Made by a program: the position numbers and the translations under genes
Assembly (NCBI GenBank): GCA_038858525.1
Contig: JAWCFL010000006.1
Span: 3,442 to 67,441 of the forward strand
Length of the DNA stretch: 64,000 nucleotides
Reading direction: 5' to 3'
From: Candidatus Jordarchaeales archaeon
GTDB taxonomy: Archaea; Asgardarchaeota; Jordiarchaeia; Jordiarchaeales; Freyrarchaeaceae
Part shown: positions 58,303-64,000 of the stretch, one piece after another
Position numbering within the stretch: the stretch's first letter is position 1
Layout: each line of letters opens with the position of its first letter
Notes under the pieces: model-generated
Seen by the model: only the letters and a program-made list of their open reading frames with translations
Database searches by the model: none
Told to the model about the DNA's origin: nothing

Positions 58303-58530
58303 CTAAAATCCTAGCTCCACGGCGTCATACTTACACTGCACCTTGCACGCGTAACACTCCATGCAGGCGTCCTCATTAACCACCACAACCTTCCTGTTCT
58401 TCTTATCAATGGAGAAGCAGCCCGCAGGGCAAACACTTAAACAAACACCACACCTAATAGCACCCACACACCGCCCAGCATTAATCCTGACTTTACCAAC
58501 CAAGGTAACGCCTCCAATGAACACCCACAA
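58303..58530 (-). CDS. 4Fe-4S ferredoxin (two clusters)
   Basis: CVGAIRCGVCLSVCP and CMECYACKVQC are two CxxCxxCxxxC-type motifs. 75 aa. Confidence 0.6.
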   Translation of the reverse strand: MWVFIGGVTLVGKVRINAGRCVGAIRCGVCLSVCPAGCFSIDKKNRKVVVVNEDACMECYACKVQCKYDAVELGF

Positions 58531-58691
58531 ACCAACACTTAAAACCTATCCTTATACCATCACTCCGGCTATAAGAAACCTCCTCGAAAAAGCCACCCAC
58601 TTACTATCCCGCGAAGGATCCTCTCTGGTTTAAGAGACAAATTTTTAAGTTTTTTCGGTTGACTGAGTGATGAGCCGTTCGAAGAAGAGAG

Positions 58692-59441
58692 GTGTGTATG
58701 AATATGAAGAAGGAGTGGAAGTATGGGAAGCCGAGCAAAAACGCCCCAGTCACTGTGCAGGACACCATAAGGCTGAGGCGGTCGATCAGGCGATACACGG
58801 GCGAGAGAATACCAGACGAAGACCTAGAAAAAATACTTGACGCCGCACGATACACTCCGTCGCCGGAAAACATGCAAATGTACCGCTTCGTCATAGTTAG
58901 AGATGACCAGGAAACTAAGAACTTGATCGCTGATTTGGCTGTTGAGGCCGCGAAGGAGACTTTCGGAACCTTCCCGGCTGAGCTTACCCAGGGAAGGATA
59001 TGGTACGTTCCACCCGACAGGAGGCCTTGGACGTTCACCGAGATGAGGGACGGCAGCCTCTTCGAGTACCCGAGGTACGCCGACGTAGTCATCGTCGCCT
59101 GCGCCTCCGAGTCCTTCCACGACTCACCCGTGCTTTACCCGCTCAGCCTATTCGGCTCCATATGCGTCGGCATGGCGATAATGAAGATGTGGCTTATGGC
59201 GACAGCTCTGGGATACGGGGCGGGTTACCAAGCGTTCCCCATAATGGATCCGAGAAGAAGAGAGCTTCTAGCTGACAGGCTTGGAATTCCAAGGTCTTGG
59301 GACGTGATAGCCACGCTCAGCATAGGAGTCAGAGGTGAGGAGCGCATGATAGGGCCATCCCGCCTGACGCTTGAAGGCCTCTTCTATAAGGAGAGGTGGG
59401 GTAACCCATACATAAGAAAAGCTTTCTTGGAGGAGGAGTAA
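58692..59441 (+). CDS. Nitroreductase-family protein
   Basis: RRSIRRYTGERIPDEDLEKILDAARYTPSPENMQMYRFVIV is the nitroreductase N-terminal signature. Confidence 0.6.
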   Translation: MCMNMKKEWKYGKPSKNAPVTVQDTIRLRRSIRRYTGERIPDEDLEKILDAARYTPSPENMQMYRFVIVRDDQETKNLIADLAVEAAKETFGTFPAELTQGRIWYVPPDRRPWTFTEMRDGSLFEYPRYADVVIVACASESFHDSPVLYPLSLFGSICVGMAIMKMWLMATALGYGAGYQAFPIMDPRRRELLADRLGIPRSWDVIATLSIGVRGEERMIGPSRLTLEGLFYKERWGNPYIRKAFLEEE

Positions 59442-59690
59442 ATGGTTGAGGTCAAAGTGGACCTGGACAAGGATGTCGTGGAGAAGCTGAAGAAGCAGGC
59501 TGAGTGGTGCGACCTGCCACTCGAAGCGGTCTGCAAGCTTATCCTCTCGGAGTACACGAGGAACAGGGGCGGATACCTCTTCTACGGCTCGGCTCCCGGA
59601 AACAGAAAGATAATCCTCATCCAGTGGCCATACATAACCGGACAAGTCATACTGACCCAGGAAGAGCTGAAGGCTTTAGGAGGAAAATAA
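59442..59690 (+). CDS. Small hypothetical protein (82 aa), start coupled to the nitroreductase stop
   Basis: ORF only. ATG overlaps the upstream TAA. Confidence 0.3.
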   Translation: MVEVKVDLDKDVVEKLKKQAEWCDLPLEAVCKLILSEYTRNRGGYLFYGSAPGNRKIILIQWPYITGQVILTQEELKALGGK

Positions 59691-59697
59691 GTGGGAG

Positions 59698-59997
59698 GTG
59701 TTATGTTTGACTAGGAAGTATAAGGGTTACGCTCCAGGATCCGAGTTCATAAGGTACCCTGTGCTGGAGCTAGAGGATGTGGAGTATGAGTACTTCAGAG
59801 AGGAGTCAAAGTTTCTCGGCATATCACTAGTGGAGAACAAGAAGGGCAGGATCGTGGTGAGGTGGGAGTACCCCTTCTACAAGAGGTTCCTTGAGGCCGT
59901 CGAGAAAGTTTACGGGGACATATCAGCGAGCCACGTTGAGGACGCCGTTAGAAAGGCAGCCGAAGAATGGGTTAAAAAGGTGGAGGAAGGAAAATGA
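59698..59997 (+). CDS. Hypothetical protein (99 aa)
   Basis: ORF in a tightly packed co-directional series. Confidence 0.3.
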   Translation: MLCLTRKYKGYAPGSEFIRYPVLELEDVEYEYFREESKFLGISLVENKKGRIVVRWEYPFYKRFLEAVEKVYGDISASHVEDAVRKAAEEWVKKVEEGK

Positions 59998-60356
59998 GCG
60001 ACCTCAAAGCCTTCCTAGAGGACCTCACACGGAAGATCAACGAGAAAGCCATGAACCTTGTGAGGGAATGGATAGGCAGCAGGTACTATGGGAAAATAGT
60101 TGAGTTTGAAGTCGGCGACCTCAAGGGAATGCAGAAAGCATACCACATCGTCTTCACGAAGAAGGGTGCGAGGTTCAAGGAGGGCGAGTACCCAAGCCCA
60201 GACCTAATATACCGATCAGACGAGGAAACGCTGAGGGGCGTCCTCACAGGCGCCATACCGGAGAAAGATGTCCGAAAAACGTGGAAGCTCATCATAATGG
60301 GAGACGCGCACGAAATGGACCCATTCTCCCAAGTAGTTGCTGCAGCGCTAAAGTAG
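59994..60356 (+). CDS. Hypothetical protein, possibly SCP2-like
   Basis: 120 aa. It has weak resemblance to sterol-carrier-like lipid-binding folds. Confidence 0.3.
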   Translation: MSDLKAFLEDLTRKINEKAMNLVREWIGSRYYGKIVEFEVGDLKGMQKAYHIVFTKKGARFKEGEYPSPDLIYRSDEETLRGVLTGAIPEKDVRKTWKLIIMGDAHEMDPFSQVVAAALK

Positions 60357-60654
60357 AAAGCTAGCCTCACGCCACCCTCGCTCACCACCCTCCATACCTC
60401 CAATTATTTTACGTGTTTCTTTGCCTCCTAACTATGCTCATAAAGCGTTCCTGTTTCTAATAGGCCTTCGCTGGCGTTTCCCCGTGATTTACTAGTGGTC
60501 TCGCTTCCTATTTTAATGAACATTTCTGTGCAGAAAAGATTTAAATAGTTCATTAATGACTTATTTTTTCAGCTGGTAGATGTGACGGAGGCGCCAAAAG
60601 TGAGGTGTCGCGTTTGGCTCCCAGAGCAGCTCTGAACGCTTAGCAGCTTACTCT

Positions 60655-62022
60655 GTGAGAGGAAAGCTTGCCTACAAGCGCCTCCAAGTATCTAAGCCCC
60701 CAATGCTGGTTTTCCTATCCTTGCAGGAAAACTGCGAGCACGCTTACCTACTCGAGTCGGTCGAGGGGCCGAGGAGAATTGCGCGTTTCTCCTTCATAGG
60801 GTTCAACCCGAGTCAGCTTCTCACGGTGAAGAATGGCGAAGCGCTTTTCCAAGACTTCAACCGTGAGGAGGAGCTCAGGTTCAGGGTTAAGGATCCTCTT
60901 GAATTATTAAGGATGGTGGTTGGGAGAGAAGGTGAGGGGTCAGAGTTCAGGTTTTCCGGGGGAGCTGTGGGGTACGTGTCCTACGACGCTGTAAGGTACT
61001 GGGAGAATTTGCCGTGCCTGGCTGAGGACGTGCTCGTCTTTCCTGATTTGCAGATGGGGATCTATGAGGACGTGCTCGTCTTCGACCACGAGAGAGGCGA
61101 TGCTGTTTACGTTTACAGGGAGAAGGACAGGTCGAACGAGCTGCTTGAGCTGATAAGTCGCTGTGAGAGCGACGTGGAGGAGGGATTACAATTCACTTCT
61201 CCAAGAGCTAACCTTAGCAGGGAGGAGTACGAGGAGAGAGTTCTGCGGGCGAAGGAGTACATAGAGTCGGGCGACATATTCCAGGTTGTCCTTTCCAGGA
61301 GGTATGACTTCAGCGTTGAGGGCAACCTTTCGCGTTTCTACCTTGAGCTCAGAAAGATAAACCCGTCTCCATACATGTACTTTCTCAAGATGGGTTCTCG
61401 GAGAATCATAGGGTCAAGCCCTGAAATGCTGGTGAGGGTTGAAGGCGGGCTAATTGAGACTTTCCCCATCGCTGGCACTAGGCCGCGGGGGGCGACTGAG
61501 ACTGAGGACGAGGAGCTTGCAATGGGGCTTCTCGCTGACCCGAAGGAGAGAGCGGAGCACGTGATGCTCGTCGACTTGGCGAGGAACGACGTTGGACGCG
61601 TTGCGAGGTTTGGCAGTGTCCATGTGCCTGAGTTCATGACCGTGCACAAGTACAGCCACGTTCAGCACATCGTTTCGAGGGTGGTGGGAGAGTTGAGGAG
61701 TGGTTGCGACTGCTACGACGTGTTGAGGGCGGTTTTCCCGGCTGGCACGGTTTCAGGGGCTCCGAAGGTTAGGGCAATGGAGATAATAGAGGAGTGCGAG
61801 CCGTCAAGGAGGGGGCCATATGCTGGGGGGGTGGGGTACTTCTCGTTTAACGGAAACGCTGACTTCGCGATAACCATAAGGACCCTAGTGGCTGAAGGCG
61901 AACATTGCTCCATACAAGTTGGAGCAGGAATAGTTGCGGACTCCGTCCCTGAGAGGGAGTGGCTGGAAACTGAGCATAAGGCTAAGGCTCTGCTGAAAGC
62001 ATTGGAGCTCGCGGAGGTGTGA
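60655..62022 (+). CDS. trpE: Anthranilate synthase component I
   Basis: It has the chorismate-binding domain motifs [33 protein letters not shown] and GAGIVADS. 455 aa. Confidence 0.85.
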   Translation: MRGKLAYKRLQVSKPPMLVFLSLQENCEHAYLLESVEGPRRIARFSFIGFNPSQLLTVKNGEALFQDFNREEELRFRVKDPLELLRMVVGREGEGSEFRFSGGAVGYVSYDAVRYWENLPCLAEDVLVFPDLQMGIYEDVLVFDHERGDAVYVYREKDRSNELLELISRCESDVEEGLQFTSPRANLSREEYEERVLRAKEYIESGDIFQVVLSRRYDFSVEGNLSRFYLELRKINPSPYMYFLKMGSRRIIGSSPEMLVRVEGGLIETFPIAGTRPRGATETEDEELAMGLLADPKERAEHVMLVDLARNDVGRVARFGSVHVPEFMTVHKYSHVQHIVSRVVGELRSGCDCYDVLRAVFPAGTVSGAPKVRAMEIIEECEPSRRGPYAGGVGYFSFNGNADFAITIRTLVAEGEHCSIQVGAGIVADSVPEREWLETEHKAKALLKALELAEV

Positions 62023-62609
62023 CGATGCTGAGGGTTTTGGTTGTTGACAACTATGATTCCTTCGTCTATAACCTGGCTCAGTATGTAGGTGAGCTTGGAG
62101 GCAGGCCGTTCGTGTTCAGAAATGACCAGTTGACCTTGAAGCGCGTTTTCAAGCTTCGCCCGGACAGGATAATCATCTCTCCCGGTCCCGGGACACCTGA
62201 GGATCCAAGGTACTTCGGGGTCTGCTCGGAGATCATACGGAAACTCGGAGCTTATACTCCGATACTCGGAGTTTGCCTCGGTCATCAGGGAATAATACAT
62301 GTCTTCGGTGGGAGGATAGTTCGCGCAAAGAGGCTCATGCATGGGAAGACCAGCATGATAAGGCACGACGGAAAAGGCGTCTTTAGGGGGGTTGAAAACC
62401 CCTTCGAAGCCACAAGGTACCACTCGCTGGCAGGGGACAGGCTAAGCATACCTAGCTGCCTAAAGGTTACTGCTGAGTCGCTTGACGATGGCGAGGTGAT
62501 GGGTGTGCGCCACGTCGATTACCCTGTTGAGGGAGTGCAGTTCCACCCTGAATCCATACTGACGTCATGCGGGAAGATTATCATAAAGAATTTCCTTGAA
62601 GGGGGTTAG
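62019..62609 (+). CDS. trpG: Anthranilate synthase component II (glutamine amidotransferase)
   Basis: [14 protein letters not shown], the GVCLGHQ catalytic Cys motif, and an H-E pair near the C-terminus. It overlaps the trpE stop. Confidence 0.85.
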   Translation: MTMLRVLVVDNYDSFVYNLAQYVGELGGRPFVFRNDQLTLKRVFKLRPDRIIISPGPGTPEDPRYFGVCSEIIRKLGAYTPILGVCLGHQGIIHVFGGRIVRAKRLMHGKTSMIRHDGKGVFRGVENPFEATRYHSLAGDRLSIPSCLKVTAESLDDGEVMGVRHVDYPVEGVQFHPESILTSCGKIIIKNFLEGG

Positions 62610-62612
62610 AGC

Positions 62613-63671
62613 GTGAAGGAGTACATTCAGAAGCTTGTTGAGAGGGTGAGCCTCACGAGTGAGGAGGCTCGTGATGCCATGAAAAAAATAATGTCGGGCG
62701 AGGCAACGGGGGCACAGATAGGAGCTTTTCTGACGGCTCTCAGAATGAAGGGGGAGACCGTGGATGAGATTGCGGCTTTTGCCTCGGTGATGCGCGAGTT
62801 CTGTCGCAGAATCAAGCCCAGGGTGAACGGGCGCTTGGTCGACACGTGCGGAACGGGAGGAGACAGGGTTAAGACTTTCAACGTGAGCACAGCGTCGGCG
62901 TTCGTCGTCGCAGGCGCAGGGATACATGTCGCTAAGCATGGGAACCGCTCGGTGACTAGCAGGAGCGGGAGCGCTGACGTGCTCGAGAAGCTGGGCTTCA
63001 ACCTAAACGCTGAGCCGGAGAGAGTGGAGAGGATGATTGAAAGTGTTGGAGTTGGCTTCATGTTCGCCCCCAACTTTCACCCCGCCATGAAGCACGTCGC
63101 AGGACCCAGGAGAGAGATGGGCATACGAACTGTGTTCAACGTGCTCGGACCACTGACGAACCCGGCTGGAGCAAACTCCCACGTGCTCGGAGTATATGGT
63201 GAAGAGTGGGTTATGCCCGTGGCTGAGGCGTTAAGGGCGCTTGGCTGCGTCGAGGCGATGGTTGTCCATGGAGTGGATGGGGTTGACGAGATATCAGTTA
63301 CAGGCGAGACCATAGTTGCTTGGCTAAGGGATGGTGAAATTTCCACGCTTAAGTTGACGCCGAGAGACTTCAACTTTGAGGCGGCGAGGCCGGAGGAGGT
63401 GGCTGGCGTCGAGCCGGAGGAAAGCGCTGAGCTAACCTTCAAGATACTCAACGACCTCCTGCCGAGAAGAGACCCTAGAAGGAGGATGGTGCTCCTAAAC
63501 GCCGCAGCCGGAATAGTTGTAGGGGGAAAAGCCGAAGACCTCGCTCATGGAGTTGAGTTGGCGGAGGAGTCGCTTAGGAGCGGTGCAGCCTACGGGAAGC
63601 TCAGAGATATGATCTCGTTCTCTAATGGGGACATGTCAAAGCTGGAGGAGTTGGAGCAAAGGTATGCGTGA
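62613..63671 (+). CDS. trpD: Anthranilate phosphoribosyltransferase
   Basis: DTCGTGGD, KHGNRSVTSRSGSADVLE and GPLTNPA motifs. 352 aa. Confidence 0.85.
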   Translation: MKEYIQKLVERVSLTSEEARDAMKKIMSGEATGAQIGAFLTALRMKGETVDEIAAFASVMREFCRRIKPRVNGRLVDTCGTGGDRVKTFNVSTASAFVVAGAGIHVAKHGNRSVTSRSGSADVLEKLGFNLNAEPERVERMIESVGVGFMFAPNFHPAMKHVAGPRREMGIRTVFNVLGPLTNPAGANSHVLGVYGEEWVMPVAEALRALGCVEAMVVHGVDGVDEISVTGETIVAWLRDGEISTLKLTPRDFNFEAARPEEVAGVEPEESAELTFKILNDLLPRRDPRRRMVLLNAAAGIVVGGKAEDLAHGVELAEESLRSGAAYGKLRDMISFSNGDMSKLEELEQRYA

Positions 63672-64000
63672 CTTCCTAGATGTTCTTGCCGAGGACGCTG
63701 GGAAAACCCTGAGGGAAGGCTTCTATGACGATGTTGAGGCGGCTCCAGCGGTGAAGCTCAGCCTCGTAGACTTCATCCTTTCCTGTAGGAGAGCAGCCAT
63801 AATATCCGAAGTAAAGCCGGCATCCCCATCATCGGGAGCCCTATGTAGGGGACGTAGCCCGGCGGCTTTGGCTAGGGAGATGGAGGAGGGAGGCGCCGCT
63901 GGGATATCCGTGCTGACTGAGCCAAAGCACTTTCAAGGCTCAATGAGAGCTCTCGCGGAGGTTAGGAGGGCAGTGAAAGTCCCCATCCTCATGAAGGACA
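63664..64000 (+). CDS. trpC: Indole-3-glycerol-phosphate synthase, 3'-truncated by the window edge
   Basis: IISEVKPASPSSG...GAAGISVLTEPKHFQGS...PILMKD matches the IGPS N-terminal half. Its ATG overlaps the trpD stop. Confidence 0.6.
   Translation, partial: MRDFLDVLAEDAGKTLREGFYDDVEAAPAVKLSLVDFILSCRRAAIISEVKPASPSSGALCRGRSPAALAREMEEGGAAGISVLTEPKHFQGSMRALAEVRRAVKVPILMKD

Overview
This 64 kb window is archaeal chromosomal DNA. The clearest evidence is an aRF1 release factor with NIKS and GGQ motifs, a PAC2-type proteasome assembly chaperone, an Lhr helicase with its metallophosphoesterase partner, and archaeal-type aminoacyl-tRNA synthetases. The lineage is probably Thermoproteota-like, judged from gene content and roughly 48-50% GC.

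Most of the window is housekeeping and metabolism:
- a probable valyl-tRNA synthetase, aRF1, a Tyr/Trp-type tRNA synthetase and a trpE-G-D-C operon;
- CoA metabolism genes: an acyl-CoA dehydrogenase, an enoyl-CoA hydratase, a fused CoA-transferase and two orphan ADP-forming acetyl-CoA-synthetase alpha-like paralogs;
- a Mn-dependent family II pyrophosphatase, GalT, MazG, an M24 prolidase and an ABC transporter.

Three regions stand out as accessory or unusual:
- 13.9-18.7 kb: two tandem subtilisin-like S8 proteases, each fused to a roughly 10-helix N-terminal membrane domain. They share a 290-bp tract that is 100% identical.
- 29.4-36.7 kb: a Ras/Rab-like small GTPase next to a 700-bp AT-rich gap, followed by an operon-like cluster of three Roadblock/LC7 (MglB-like) proteins and an MglA/Arf-like GTPase. 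Palindromic candidate operators lie upstream.
- 38.4-51.6 kb: a mobile-element island.
  - An IS607-family element with an intact TnpB and a decayed serine-recombinase TnpA has truncated an M24 peptidase paralog.
  - A second, fully decayed IS607-like copy lies in inverted orientation.
  - The two flank a roughly 3.6 kb cargo: a solitary HerA-like (DUF87) ATPase and a secreted glycine-zipper hydrophobic peptide.
  - A coiled-coil, zinc-ribbon membrane protein with a perfect 7x 15-nt repeat (EEKVK) and an SBBP beta-propeller surface protein with near-identical 156-nt internal repeats follow.
  - A VapBC pair and an Lhr-MPE helicase/phosphoesterase operon close the island.

I could not confidently identify any tRNA or rRNA gene, and there is no CRISPR array. 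Every family assignment rests on motif reading of the supplied translations and has not been checked against a database.
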